A stretch of DNA of 64,000 nucleotides from assembly GCA_951406725.2 (NCBI GenBank), contig OX597821.1, positions 85,684,001 through 85,748,000 on the forward strand. The letters run 5' to 3'. This DNA comes from Octopus vulgaris (Eukaryota). Below, piece after piece: positions 12,819 to 27,876 of this stretch; position 1 is the stretch's first letter, and the number at the start of each line of letters is the position of its first letter. The notes beneath the pieces were generated by a model. It was given only the letters and a program-made list of their open reading frames with translations. It had not been told where the DNA came from and did no database searches. The translations under genes and the position numbers were made by a program.

Positions 12819-12880
12819 GTATATATGTATATATTTATATATATATATGTATATATGTATATATTTTATATATATATATA

Positions 12881-12965
<85 letters not shown>

Positions 12966-12971
12966 ATGTAT

Positions 12972-13445
12972 GTCACTATTCAATTTCATTTCAAGACTTC
13001 TTGTCAATAGAGAATGACCCGGTTTCTAACGTTGATCCAAGGCTCCTTCATTGGAATTTCAACAACACCAACATGGTATTTTTGCACGTATTTGTATATA
13101 TGGGCAGTATTTGGAGCCACTGCACGTGCAGATTGTATGTTTTGCTTTGTGTATGCATTCTCATACGTATCGTTGCATGTCTAGACGTGCACTTATATAC
13201 TTAAATGATAAACTTCTGGAAAGTTTTACAGATTTTTACAGTTCCAGTGATGACTTGGATCTGTAGTCTTCGAATCAGCTTTCTCATTTCTGGTTTTGAG
13301 ATGCCTAATTTCTCAAGATTGGTACTAATTGAGTGTGTTACATATCTTAGTGCGCCAATAATTACAGGTATAAACCTGAACTTGTAATCTAGGTCGAGTA
13401 ACTGTGGATTTCTCAATAGTTCAGCGTAGGTATTTTCTTTTTGGC
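12972..13445 (-). mobile_element. 3' end of an R4/Dong-like (restriction-like endonuclease) non-LTR retrotransposon
   Basis: KENTYAELLRN...YKFRFIPVIIGAL.YV...LEKLGI...LIRRLQIQVITGTVKICKTF* resembles the RLE C-terminus; 3' UTR runs into a (TACA)n-type array. Confidence 0.75.
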
Positions 13446-13615
13446 TAACGGGCTTCTTCCAGCTTCTGTGTACGAAGGCTTTTGTAGAATCGCAACTTAA
13501 GTACAAGATGCTTGCCCAAAGTGCTAAACATGTGGGACTCAAGCCGGGATAATGTGGTTGGGAATCAAACTGAGAAAAAAAAAAAAAAGATTGAAAAAGA
13601 GATATAGAATCCAGT

Positions 13616-14003
13616 TGTGGAGGCGCAATGGCCCAGTGGTTAGGGCAGCGGACTCGCGGTCGTAGGATCGCGGTTTCGATTCCCAGACCGGGCGTTGTGA
13701 GTGTTTATTGAGCGAAAACACCTAAAGCTCCACGAGGCTCCGGCAGGGGATGGTGGTGATCCCTGCTGTACTCTTTCACCACAACTTTCTCTCACTCTTA
13801 CTTCCTGTTTCTGTTGTACCTGTATTTCAAAGGGTCGGCCTTGTCACTCTCTGTGTCACGCTGAATATCCCCGAGAACTACATTAAGGGTGCACGTGTCT
13901 GTGGAGTGCTCAGCCACTTACACGTTAATTTCACGAGCAGGCTGTTCCGTTGATTCGGATTAACCGGAACCCTCATCGTCGTAACCGACGGAGTGCTTCC
14001 ATT
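13616..14003 (+). mobile_element. tRNA(Arg)-like SINE family C, tail type 1
   Basis: A box TGGCCCAGTGG, B box GTTTCGATTCC; near-identical to 62047-62440; putative TSD AGAATCCAGT/AGAATCCAAT. Confidence 0.88.
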
Positions 14004-14664
14004 CAGAATCCAATTATAACAACCCTCGGATTCAATGCTCTGAGTTTCCAGCACAAGTTTTAATTGAATCTACCTATGTTGGACACAAAGCAAAGAGCCA
14101 CCGCTCGTGTACCTTCATCGGCGAGAGAGGAAGACATAAAAACTTTGCTCATTTATATAATCTTGTAATATGACCCAAAATATACTAACATATAAACATA
14201 AAACGTTCTTCCAGGAAACAGATATCTTGCAAGCGGACAAGAGTATGACGTATATTTGTTTTACTTTCCATATTTGGCAAAAAGTAGGACGTTAGTTCAC
14301 TTAATCTACCAAATGAAACAGTTACGTAATTCACTGTCATAACATGGAATGTATCGACAGAGGGATGTACACTGTTGTTTGGAAATGCAACAGTATTAAA
14401 AAGCATGCGATTTCTTTATTACCCACAAGAGGCCAACATAGAAGATACAGAACATTGGGGACATAAAACGTCACAATTACGTGTATGAAAACATGGAAAA
14501 TGGAAAATGATAGATGGAAGTGATACTAACGGCCCCATCCGCCAGCATCACTTACCTGTCCGAAATACAATACACCTTATTCTCTATTTTCTTCTCAAAT
14601 CCCTTTTCCAATTCTGTAATTGTCTCTTTTTTCAATTCAATTCTTAACACTTTATAGTTCATTT

Positions 14665-14871
14665 CTCTTTTACTTGTTTCAATCATTTGACTGCGGCCAT
14701 GCTGGAGCACTGCCTTTTAGTCGAGCAAATCGACCCCGGGACTTATTCTTTTGTAAGCCCAGTACTTATTCTATCGGTCTCTTTTGCTGAACCGCTAAGT
14801 GACGGCGACGTAAACACACCAGCATCGGTTGTCAAGCAATGCTGGGGGGACAAACACAGACACACAAACAT

Positions 14872-14920
<49 letters not shown>

Positions 14921-15088
14921 TACGACGGGCTTCTTTCAGTTTCCGCCTACCAAATCCACTCACAAGGCTTTGGTCGGCCCGAGGCTATAGTAAAAGACAT
15001 TTGCTCAAGATGCCACGCAGTGGGACTGAACCCGGAACCATGTGGTTGGTAAGCAAGCTACTTACCACACAGCCACTCCTGCGCCTAC
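14665..15088 (-). mobile_element. SINE family B, full-length
   Basis: Head AGGCGCAGGAGTGGCTGTGTGGTAAG, CORE-like segment, internal microsatellite, tail. Confidence 0.88.
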
Positions 15089-16241
15089 ATTTTTCCATGA
15101 ATTCCTCAAAAAGTTCATCCGCGATTAAAGCGCACGAATCGCTGTCCCTGTCACACCATTGATAGTCTTTCAACATCTCTTTTGCGTCTTTTCTCCTCGC
15201 AATAAATAGAAAATTGGTCTGGGTTTCTTTTTCGGTATTTTGTCTGTTTGTTTCTTTTTTGTTTTGTTTTCTTGTTGGTGGGGAGCGGGTGGGTTCACTG
15301 GGAGCGGGTGGTGTTGGGATGGATTGGGGTTCACTACTATTAATTTTTTTCCTTCTTCTCTTCCTCCTTCTTCTGTCTTCTTCCCATTCCTTTTGTACCT
15401 CCTCTTCCGTTGTTAACTTCTCTTCTTCCTCTCCGTTGGCCTCAACCCCTCTTTGAGGTTCTGCATCAATTTCCTTTGATGAGGGAGGGCAGTTAGCTCT
15501 TTATGGTGAATGGGACCTTAACTAGTGAGTTATCTGCTACTGTTACAATCATTTAGTTACGAGTCTTTATTGTGACGTACACATGGCTCAGTCAGGTATA
15601 CAATATGCACAATATTCATATGACTACGTAAACATGTTACGCAACTTTCGACTCTCCAAGCTTACCAAATAAACAAGCGAGCAGCGACATGCTGGTTAGT
15701 CAACAGGTCATCAATAAGTGAAATGTCTAATTAGAACTGCCAACATTTAAGAACTGTAAAACGGGTGGAACTGTCAATCTGTCAATCATGAGGGTGGATA
15801 GGTCAATGACACTAAGTTAAAGAATAGTTTTTAAAATTTCTGTTTTAAAGATGTCATTAGACTTAGCGCTCTCGCTCATAAAGACAGGCGCTGGCAAAAC
15901 ATGATTGTATAGCGGCTGATAGCAGGCTCCAAGCATGATATTTGACACGATAAAAAACATGTTTTAAGACAGGTGCCAGCGTTATCCCAAAAGGACAATT
16001 TACTGTGTTATGTTGCTTAGTACATTAAGAAGTGAAATGGTTAATAAATTCCAGCTTCATTTATTCATTTAGTTAATTCCTTTTGATTAAAGTCCTCCGA
16101 TTAATTATTTATTACAGAACTAATAGAATATTAGCTGTAAATAATGGAGATCCAGCTAATTATGATTAAAGGGAAAGTAACTTCAGGAAACCAGCATATT
16201 AGTGAAGGTCAATGCAAGATTTCAGAGGAGAGAGAAGGAAA

Positions 16242-16290
16242 AGAAGAAGAAGAAGAAGAAGAAGAAGAAAAAGAAGAAAAAGAAGAAGAA

Positions 16291-16341
<51 letters not shown>

Positions 16342-16368
16342 GAAGAAAAAGAAGATGATGATGATGAA

Positions 16369-16401
<33 letters not shown>

Positions 16402-16512
16402 GAAGAAGAAGAAGAAGAAGAAGAAGAAGAAGAAGAAGAAGAAGAAGAAGAAGAAGAAGAAGAAGAAGAAGAAGAAGAAGAAGAAGAAGAAGAAAAAGAA
16501 GAAGAAGAAGAA

Positions 16513-16563
<51 letters not shown>

Positions 16564-16608
16564 GAAGAAAAAGAAGATGATGATGATGAAGATGATGATG
16601 ATGATGAA

Positions 16609-16641
<33 letters not shown>

Positions 16642-16728
16642 GAAGTAGAAGAAGAAGAAGAAGAAGAAGAAGAAGAAGAAGAAGAAGAAGAAGAAGAAGA
16701 AGAAGAAGAAGAAGAAGAAGAAGAAGAA
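16242..16728. repeat. compound (GAA)n/(GAT)n array with an internal block duplication
   Basis: GAAAAAGAA...(GAT)n GAAGAAGAAAAAGAAGATGATGATGATGAAGAT block occurs twice. Confidence 0.9.
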
Positions 16729-17314
16729 ATAATTAACATATAGAGACGACTATAATCACGGTAACAGTAATCATAACCTGTATACAAATACTTCAACAGA
16801 AACAGAATAGGATCAATCAAAGTGAGACATTGGTCAACACATTGACAGGAAGATAAGAATACACACAGAAATTTGCATACTCGACGAATAAAAGAAGTTC
16901 ATCCAACAATGATATAAATTTATAACTTGTTAAATATCGAATTTTATCGAAATTTATAGAGATCAGTAATTTAGCAGTAATGAAGACACTTGTTGAAAGG
17001 TCAGAAATAATCAAGAAGACAAAAACAACAGAACTTATTTTACATTTTTTTAAATGCTCCTATTACCGATTAGAAATATCAGTGGTTGATGATCTGTCGA
17101 TTAATAAACATGTCAGTGCTCACTTGTTTATTTGGCATGCCTGAGGAGTTGAGAGCTGTGTAACATATTATGTAATCTTATGGAAGTTATGCGTGTTGCA
17201 TAGCTGACCGTGGCAATAAAAAATCGCAACGAAACAAATGTAGCAATACCAGAAAGCCCATTCGACTAATTTATATATACATATACTTACATTACATACA
17301 TACACACACATATG

Positions 17315-17421
<107 letters not shown>

Positions 17422-17422
17422 G

Positions 17423-17504
<82 letters not shown>

Positions 17505-17508
<4 letters not shown>

Positions 17509-17715
17509 TAATCCAAACATGAAAACACAAAGAGAAAACACAACAACGCGAGGATGTGGAACAAATATAGTATTATTGGACGCTCAGGAAGGAAGGGAAG
17601 AAGGAGGGTTTTACGTTTCGAGCGGAGCTCTTTGTCAGAAACATAGGAAAAGAAAAGATCCAGAGAAGGGAAGACGGAGGAAAAAAATCGCCAACGGTAC
17701 ACACGCGGTCACATT
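17505..17715 (-). mobile_element. short non-coding element with degenerate HHR between (TA)n tracts
   Basis: Minus 17608-17642: gttt-CTGACAA-A-GAGC TCC GCTC-GAAAC GTA^aaac (G8 changed to A); related to 5230-5420 and 52326-52445. Confidence 0.65.
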
Positions 17716-18727
17716 TTATATATATATATATATGTACTTGCATACATTCATGAGTGTAACTATATATGTATAAAACTATAGCTTTAACTCGCAAGTAATT
17801 ACAACTTGGTATTACGTACATGGCCTTGCTTTTGAGCCAAAAAATTAACTAACTAACTAACTAACCATACATTCTCTAACAAGAACAAGAGGACAAAAAA
17901 AAAAAAACAATATGATTATAACGTTTCGGACTGAGAAATAATGATTATAACGTTTCGTTAAGTAGAGAAAAGAATTGCAAGAGGAGAAGAATGTTAAGTG
18001 AAAAATCAGGATTGATTTTTAGCGGAGAAAAATAGTGAATAGCAGTATGGTAGAGCAGAAGCATGTAGAATGTCTACAGCCAAAATAGCGAAAGTGTGGT
18101 ACAGGACTGAGGTGGGCATGGACATTTTTAAGGACTGCGTGTCTGGAGTAGTGGCCATGTCAAGTGACTGTGCTGGTGTTTCTCGGTGTGTGAGACTATT
18201 AAGGTGGAAGGTGGCATTTTTGGAGGGAAACAACATAGTTATTAATCCCAACTAGCTTTATATTGTTTAACCGGGGAAACTAGCTGTTGTTCACGGTGCT
18301 TGTAGGGAAGAAAGATCCCTGGTGTTGTACTAAACCATAAACGTTGAGATGTTGGTAGCTGTGACCTGAAGAACAGAAGTGACAGGCTTCATGCTACATA
18401 CAGTTAACTATTCGGTATTGTTGCGTCAAATAGTCAACAAATATTCCCTAAAACGATCAATTAGTCAACGTTAAGTTTCACCTTTTTACGATAAATACAG
18501 TTTTATATATCCATATCATTCACACACATTCCCTCCCTCGCTCCTTCTTTCCAAGGAAGAGGCTAGTTTGTGCAGTGAAGTCTCTTTCTTCAGTAATTCA
18601 GAAGGGATCTAGTGAAGGGCTTGCAACCTCTTCTCAGAGAAAGAAAAAGAAAAACTTGATACGCTTTTGAAACCGTACGAGACAGGAGCGTTATGCATTG
18701 CAAGACAGAACTGAAATGAAGAAGTGA

Positions 18728-18775
<48 letters not shown>

Positions 18776-18837
18776 CACACACACACACACACACACATAA
18801 GTATATATATATATACACACACACATATGTATATATA

Positions 18838-18895
<58 letters not shown>

Positions 18896-19270
18896 TATAT
18901 GCATATATGTATGTATCTATATGTATATGTATATATGTATATGTACATATATGTATGTATGTTTATATGTACGCATGTATACAAGTTTGTGTGAGTGTGT
19001 GTGGAAAGGATAGTGTGGGGTGTGCGTGCGTGTGTAGAAGAAAGGGAGAGAGGGTGCGTGTGTATCGACGAATGAATGAAGTAAATACCAACACAAGCAA
19101 TACATTTATTGCGTATTCTAGGAAATTAATTAGAGAGGAATTGGTGTGAGGTTGATAGGTGGAACAACAACAACAACAACGGCAAGGAAGAGAAGAAAGA
19201 AAAGAAAAGAAGAGCAAAATGATATGTTTATGTATATAATATATATGTATATATATATATATGTATGTAT

Positions 19271-19302
<32 letters not shown>

Positions 19303-19346
19303 ATATAAATCTATATGATATATATAATGTATACATACATACACAA

Positions 19347-19445
<99 letters not shown>

Positions 19446-19514
19446 TAGATGGGTAGATATATGTCAGTCATATATGCATGCATACAAACACATACACGAT
19501 CATATTCTACATAC

Positions 19515-19583
<69 letters not shown>

Positions 19584-19586
19584 CTT

Positions 19587-19617
<31 letters not shown>

Positions 19618-19934
19618 CAGAGAGAGAGAAAGAGCTACAAGATACATACTCAAATGAAATGACAAACACACACACACACACACACATGTGTTTATACATA
19701 TTAACGTTTGAGTGCGTACACATACCTTACATTTTACACATTCGCATATATTTCGTTTCTACAACTTACGCACATATACACTCGCACTAAGATTAAGTGA
19801 CCGGGTTGACACAACCGATGGAAAAATAAATAAATAAATAAGTAAATAAATAAACGAATGCACCAACCAACCAACCAGCCAACTACCAACCTTCATAACA
19901 ATGGATCAAAACAAACACAATGGTGTAATAGAAA

Positions 19935-20088
19935 CATACATACGTATATACATACATACATACATACATACATACATACATACATACATACATACATACA
20001 TACACACATACATACATACATACATACATGCATGCATACATACATACATACATACATACATACATACATACATACATACATACAAACA

Positions 20089-20120
<32 letters not shown>

Positions 20121-20460
20121 CACATACATACATACATACATACATACATACTCACATACATACATACATACATACATACATACATACATACATACATACA
20201 TACATACATACATACATACATACATACACACATACATACATACACACATACATACATACATACATACACACACACATACATACATACATACACACATACA
20301 TACATACACATACATACATACATACATACATACACACACATACATACATACATACATACATACATACATACATACATACATACACACATACATGCACACA
20401 CACATACATACATACATACACACATACATACATACATACATACATACATACATACATACA

Positions 20461-20490
<30 letters not shown>
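19935..20490. repeat. (TACA)n tetranucleotide array
   Basis: Direct reading. Confidence 0.95.
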
Positions 20491-20493
<3 letters not shown>

Positions 20494-20680
20494 CTATGTA
20501 TATACAAATGCATACACGCATATCCACACACACATATACACACACACTCTCTCTCTCTCTCTCTCATATATACAGCCATATGTATATATACACCGGTAGA
20601 TATACACATGGAGACATGCTCTCGCAAACGGATACATATTGGTACAAACATACACATGCACACGCACGCCTTTACGCATG

Positions 20681-20777
<97 letters not shown>

Positions 20778-20782
20778 CATAC

Positions 20783-20837
<55 letters not shown>

Positions 20838-21540
20838 TACATATATATACACACATATACATGCATACATACATACCTACAAACAGATTCTTGCAACGAC
20901 ACCCGCTTCCCTTCTGCGTGCGTAAAGACCATATTTACAAGAAGATGAGTTCAGGAGCAGAACAATATAATAACGATTTGGCGAAGAAACAACGGGCAGC
21001 AGATTGTCGAGAGAAGATATATTAGAGTGTCGAGTCAAAAGGTGAACGTGATATCGACAAGATTCGAGGAAATTAAAACGCCGAAAGCACGACATCGAAT
21101 GTTGAAGAATAAAACAAAACCCAACACAGATTGTATGGCGGCGGTGGAGGAGGAGACGGTGGTGGAGACGTAATAAAGAGAAAAAAAGAAAAGAAAACAA
21201 GATAAAAAGGTAATTGAGTATGTATGTGTATGTGTATGGGTGTGAGTGGGTCTATGTGTGTGTGTTTGTGTGTGCGTGTGTGTGTGTGTGTGTTTGTGTG
21301 TGTGTGTATGTGAACCAATTGATGAATGACATAGAGTTGGCAAGTTTAACGTGCGTGTGTGTGTATAAGTATGTGTATGTGTATATTCTGTGTGCGTGTG
21401 TATATGTGTGTGTATATACATATATATGTATACATATATACATATATATATGTATATATATATGTATATATATACATATATATGTATACATACATATATA
21501 CATATATATATGTATATATATATACATATATATACATATG

Positions 21541-21577
<37 letters not shown>

Positions 21578-21641
21578 GCATAGGTATATATATATGTATA
21601 TGTATGTATATATATACACATATATCTATACATTTATATAC

Positions 21642-21674
<33 letters not shown>

Positions 21675-21708
21675 GATATATATATGTATGTATACACATA
21701 CTTATATA

Positions 21709-21782
<74 letters not shown>

Positions 21783-22775
21783 TGTATGAATATATATACT
21801 TGATATATTCACACTCTCTCGTATATATAAGCATATATTTATATATGTGTGTTTTTGCTTGTATGTGCGTGTGTGTGTGCGTGTATGTGTGTTCGCGCGC
21901 GTATCTGTGTGTGATGTGTGCGTGTGTAGTGGCTAATAGTTTTACGTGTGCCTTATTCTACACGTCTCTCTTCATCTACGAACAATGTATTTTTCACTAA
22001 GTGTGCTCTCTAAGAAAATAAATAAAATTAATTAGACCTGTGACAGTAATGTGTGTGAGTAGGAAATAGAATAGAACGGAGGAATGGGGGTTTTATTAGG
22101 CACATACACACACACACATATGTATGTATGTGTATGTGTGTATTTATGTGTGTACATACACATGTGTATATATGTATATGTATATGTATATATATATATA
22201 TATGTATATTTATACATCCACACATATGCATGCAAATATATTTACTCACATATGTGTATGTATACGTCTGTATGTATAGGTATATATACATGCACACACA
22301 CACACGCACACACACACACACATATATATATAAACAAAAGTGGTGGAAGGGTTAACCAAGTACCACACTTGTTTCAAAAGCACGTCGGACGCATTTTACG
22401 TAATGTCTTTTAACTGTCCGGTGTACTCTTTACATCAGGTTAAAATGACTGTTTATTTTGAAATAGCTCACTGTTGGTAATGTTGCGTAAGATGCCCCTT
22501 ATGTGCTTTTGAAAGTGTTGCACTACACGACTCCTTCTTTCTTCCCTTTTCATTTACAAATTTGATTGTCACGTTATAAGCAATGTTTGGCGTTTTCGAA
22601 ATGAAAATTAACAGTTAACATTTTTTGTGTCTTGTGTGTCTTCCACGCAGTAATTGTTTTATTTTCAAAACAAGGTTTCAGATCAAATCAAAACACGATC
22701 ACAAAACACAATCACAAAAATAAACAAATAAATAATTAATTTTTTTTTAAATATAAAAAAAAGTTATAAAATGTC

Positions 22776-22998
22776 CTTCTCAAGCCATAGGCTCATAAGG
22801 TCGGTTTCCTGGACTCTATCGCATATATGTTCCTCCCCTGGAGGGGACGCCAGTCCATCGCAGCTGTATTTCTTTTTATCTGCTGAGGGAACTGGAGGGG
22901 TTTGCTGAAGTACACAACTCATCGCCGGTCAGAGAATCGAAACCACAATCTTACGGTCATAAGTAAGACATTTTAGCCACTGGACTACGCGCCTTCAT
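22776..22998 (-). mobile_element. old SINE family C relative (tail type 3)
   Basis: GACGCCAGTCCATCGCAGC and GAATCGAAACC...AGCCACTGGACTACGCGCCTTCA match 55597-55914. Confidence 0.65.
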
Positions 22999-23631
22999 GC
23001 CAAACGTACATCTCTGTAAATATATAGATTTTCGACAAAAAGAAAGGTATAAAATTGTATAAAAGCACAACTAACCGATTATATTTTAAATAACTTTTTA
23101 ATTTAGGACAAGATTTTTCTGTATCCGTCATTCAAAATATTTTGCGTGTTACACTTTAGGAAATACTTTCATTTTATTGACCGTAAATACGTAATTCTAT
23201 AAATTAAAGGAAATCCAAATAACACAGTTGAGAAAGTGTTCGCCTGAATATCTAAAGGTCTTCGAATCAATCCAATATTTTAGTACATTAATGATAATAT
23301 TCCTTTTTTTTTCTCGAAATTATTAATAAATGAAGTTTTATATAATGTGACTTACAAATTAGGGAGAGTAATAGATAGATAGGCTTTAATTATGCGTATT
23401 CACATCACAGTATAATCATATTTATAATATGTGCATATGAACGTATGCATCATATCTAAGTAAAAATAAAGGATTGCACCAAGAAAGTTCCCCTCCGAGG
23501 CACAAGTCTGAGCAAGGTTGTTTATTGAAGACCAACAGTCGTCCATACATACCATACAAAGAGAAAGATAAAGAGAGAAAGAGGGAAAGAAAGAGAGAGA
23601 GATAGAGAAAGAGGGAGAGAAAGAGAGAGAG

Positions 23632-23676
<45 letters not shown>

Positions 23677-23713
23677 TATAAAATCACTGAACCTGCTAGA
23701 AATAGCTTCCAAA

Positions 23714-23944
23714 GGCGGCGAGCTGGCAGAAACGTTAGCACGCCGGAAGAAATGTCAAGCGGTATTTCGTCTGCCGTTACGTTCTGAGTTCAAATTTCGC
23801 CAAGGTCGACTTTGCCTTTCATCCTTTCGGGGTCGATAAATTAAGTACCAGTTACGCACTGGGGTCGATGAAATCGACTTAATTACTTTGTCTATCCTTG
23901 TTTGACCCCTCTATGATTATCCCCTTGTGGGCAATAAAGAATTA
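23714..23944 (+). mobile_element. SINE family A monomer with perfect 16-bp TSD
   Basis: AGAAATAGCTTCCAAA at 23698-23713 and 23945-23960. Confidence 0.9.
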
Positions 23945-24364
23945 AGAAATAGCTTCCAAATCTCATCTCAAATCACAACGTTACCTGTGAAGAAGATTAT
24001 GGATTGCTTAGTCCAAGATGTATTATGCGTAACTATGAAGTTGGGTAGACATGGTTAAATTGCCTTTGATTGTCGGTCAGCTCAATAAAAGCTGTATAAA
24101 ATAGTCGTATTTAATGCCACCTGCAAGTAACAACGCTCAGATTTCACCTCTCATTACACTTTATTTGTGAAGGAAGTTTTGAACAATATAGTTTAAGCTG
24201 TACCACGTCAGGGAATAAGATGAGATCCTCGTGGCCAGGGCTAACAGCTAAGCATAAAACAATCTATCAATGGGTATCGTCTATATGTCTAAATGACTGT
24301 TTGTCCTGCTTCGTGTAGCAACGAAATTGTCCCACCAAAAATCACATCTTACTGTGATTTAATT

Positions 24365-24562
24365 TTACTCTTTTACTGTTTTATTCGTTTCAGTCATTTG
24401 ACCGCGGCCATGCTGGAGCACCGCCTTTAATCGAGCAACTCGACCCGGGACTTATTCTTTGTAAGCCTAGTACTTATTCTATCGGTCTCTTTTGCCGAAC
24501 CGCTAAGTGACGGGGACATAAACACACCAGCATCGGTTGTCAAGCAATGCTAGGGGGACAAA
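24365..24562 (-). mobile_element. 3' half of SINE family B
   Basis: Matches the tail of 14665-14850. Confidence 0.8.
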
Positions 24563-24709
24563 CAATCAATTTTTGTATTTTTCCAAGTGCCACGAAGATT
24601 AGATACAAAAAAATCTGGGATAATCAGAGGTGGAACGCCTCCAATCACAGGTCTTTCCAACCACGATCGTCTGGCGCTAAACAACAACAACAAAAACTAC
24701 AACAGTACC

Positions 24710-24741
<32 letters not shown>

Positions 24742-24879
24742 CAACAACAACATAGATTTTGCATACGTCGTTGGATTCTTAAACATCAAACCTAACTTTC
24801 TACAATTGAAGTCTAATATAAATTTTCGATTTTCCTTCTTCAAGAAATAGTAAAGAATCTAGTCAAGGGTAATTAAACG

Positions 24880-24880
<1 letters not shown>

Positions 24881-24950
<70 letters not shown>

Positions 24951-24977
24951 CATTATTATTATCATTATTATTATTAC

Positions 24978-25031
<54 letters not shown>

Positions 25032-25060
25032 CATCATTATTATTATTATTATCATCATCA

Positions 25061-25136
<76 letters not shown>

Positions 25137-25150
25137 CATTATTATTATTA
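24881..25150. repeat. (ATT)n microsatellite
   Basis: Direct reading. Confidence 0.95.
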
Positions 25151-25766
25151 TGATTTCATTGTTTTCGCATGATTTATAGAATGAATGTTAGCGGATATAA
25201 ATTTGAATTTCTTTAACAAATCATGAGTTTAAAGGCTAAGCTTTGGATACAATATTGCATTTCTTTCAAAAACATATTCTAAATTTCGACAAGTGTCTCT
25301 TTGAAAATGGTTTTATATTTAAAGAAAGTAGACAAAAAGCACAAATGTTGCATAATCAATTGGACTTGGACTTTTCTCTCTCTTCCCTCTGTCATTTATT
25401 ATTTGTACACGGTTTACAACATTTTACTGTGGCAATTTTATATATTTCATGCTTGTAAGAGTCAGTCAAGCTATCGAGTTGAAAATTATTATTACCACCA
25501 TAACCACCACCAGCACCACCACCACCACCACCACCACAAAAACCACCACCATCACCACCACAAAAACCACCACCACCACCACCACCACCACAAAAAACAC
25601 CACCACCACCACCACAAAAACCACCACCACCACCACCGCCGCCATTATCGTCGTCTCGTCACCATTATTATCACACGTTGAGAATTTCTAAGCAAAAACT
25701 GCCAGTTAGTAAGTCATATATGTGTATGTGTGTGTGTATATGTGTGTGTGTGTCTGTATGTATGTG

Positions 25767-25813
<47 letters not shown>

Positions 25814-25832
25814 GTGTGTCTGTATGTATGTG

Positions 25833-25881
<49 letters not shown>

Positions 25882-27262
25882 CACACATACGAACGCATAC
25901 ATACATTCTTATGCCTCCTGCCAGCTAGCGAGCAAGCTAGCCCCCACCACCACATACACACACACATTAATATATGCACTTGAAACAGCATTAGATAAAA
26001 TAAATTAGATTAAAATAACGATGTGTATAACATATACAATATATATTTATACAACCGCATGTATAACATATGCATACATACATATAAATACATAAGTAGA
26101 TACATATAAATACATACATATCTAAATCGATCTATCTATATATATATAATTACACATACACATATATATGTAAATCTCTCTCTCTATATATATATATGTC
26201 TTTGTTTGTATGTATGATGTATGTGTGTATGTATGTATTTAAGTACGTGTGAATGTGTGTATGTATGCATCAAGACCAATATTTCAGGGACCGGAATTGC
26301 AGTTGTTCTTACCGTTTTTATATCGCAAGAATGCCTCGCACTTTTCTTATAACTTGAAAAATTTTCCAATAATATTTGCCAAAATTTGATGTTATTGGTT
26401 TCACATTTCTTAAATTTCTAAATTGTAATCAAATAAAAGAAAACGTTTAAAAATTTCTTGTTATTCTAACTGGAATGAAACCTTACATATATTTGTAGCA
26501 GAAACTTTGAATTTCTAAAACATGGGATTTCATGCTAGAATTTTCCAAGACACTTGAAAGAAATTTGAATTTTTAATCAAATGGATTTATATGACTAACT
26601 TTTATGAAAGTATAATGTTAGGTCAGTGAGCAATTTTCTATTATCGAAAGCGGTGATCTGAAAATATTTCAATTCTTTTATTGAGGCTCTTCGTGGTTGC
26701 TCAATTTGCTAGAAATGCAAGTCAAATTTCCATTAAATTTCAACTGAACTGCTTTATAAAATTAATGACATGCTGGAAGATACCATAGCCGCAGGCATGG
26801 TTGCATGGCTAAGAAGATTGTTTTGCAGGCTCGAGTTTTTGGGCTCAGTCACAAAGCGCGGCACCTTGGGTAAATGTCTTCTATTATAGCCTTAGGATTG
26901 CGTTGTTTGACTAAGCCCTTCAAGGTTGTGCCCCAGCATGTCTGCAGTCAAATGATTAAAACAAGTAAAGGGTAAAGGGTAACAAGTATTTGTATAACTC
27001 TTCCCCGAAAACTGGATTGTTATGCTTGGAAAGTCTTTGATCAAAATTCTGTTCAAGCAAGGCTGACCTGGGGCTACATTACAAAAAACCACCACATCAA
27101 CAACAACAACAAACAGTAGTAAATATTAAGAAAAAAGTTTAGTAAGTTTGTTAAACTTGTAAAAAGAAGTCGTGTCCACGATATATATAGCCACCACTTC
27201 CCTTAATGGAGAGACTGCTATGATTACTGTTAAATTAGAACATCTGCACACTAATGACTGCA

Positions 27263-27332
<70 letters not shown>

Positions 27333-27364
27333 CTGCAGTCATTCTTACCACACAGCCACGCCTG

Positions 27365-27456
<92 letters not shown>

Positions 27457-27653
27457 GTAAACATAGTCAAAATGCGATAAAATAAATTATTATCGCCGGT
27501 GATCTAGCACAAAAAACATTTTAGCCATAGGCCATATGTTATTCATATATAAGTACATTAAAAGGCTTCCAGAAGAAGAAGTGAGTACTAGATACACAAA
27601 TGTTGGATAAATTTAGTGAAATGAAAATTAAAAACCTTTCCAAACTCGGTTCA

Positions 27654-27723
27654 TCTTATACTGCAGTTTCGTCTTTTTCAGCATTAAATATAATTTATTG
27701 CTCAGGCAGATTCATCAGTAAGA
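27654..27723 (-). ncRNA. type-I hammerhead ribozyme, intact core, long stem II
   Basis: Minus: tctta-CTGATGA-aTCT..AGCAATAAAT tat ATTTAATGCT..AGAc-GAAAC TGCA GTA^taaga; 5-bp stem I, palindrome ACTGCAGT. Confidence 0.75.
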
Positions 27724-27876
27724 CACCTGTTATTCAAGAGTCGCATATCAATAGAAGCATGTGCGTCTCTACTAATTTGCTATCTCTAATTTTTCAGATC
27801 ATTGCGCAGACGCAGAACGTACCCGACAAACAAAGTATATATATATATATATATATATACTACTAATATAGGATGA

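Noticed and set aside
16144-16743. 199-aa poly-Asp/Glu ORF
   Set aside because: Translation of a (GAA)/(GAT) microsatellite; no unique domain
19858-20925. Long YIHT/MYVC ORFs (also 40760-41535 and 43600-45084)
   Set aside because: Stop-free tetranucleotide repeats, open in several frames on both strands
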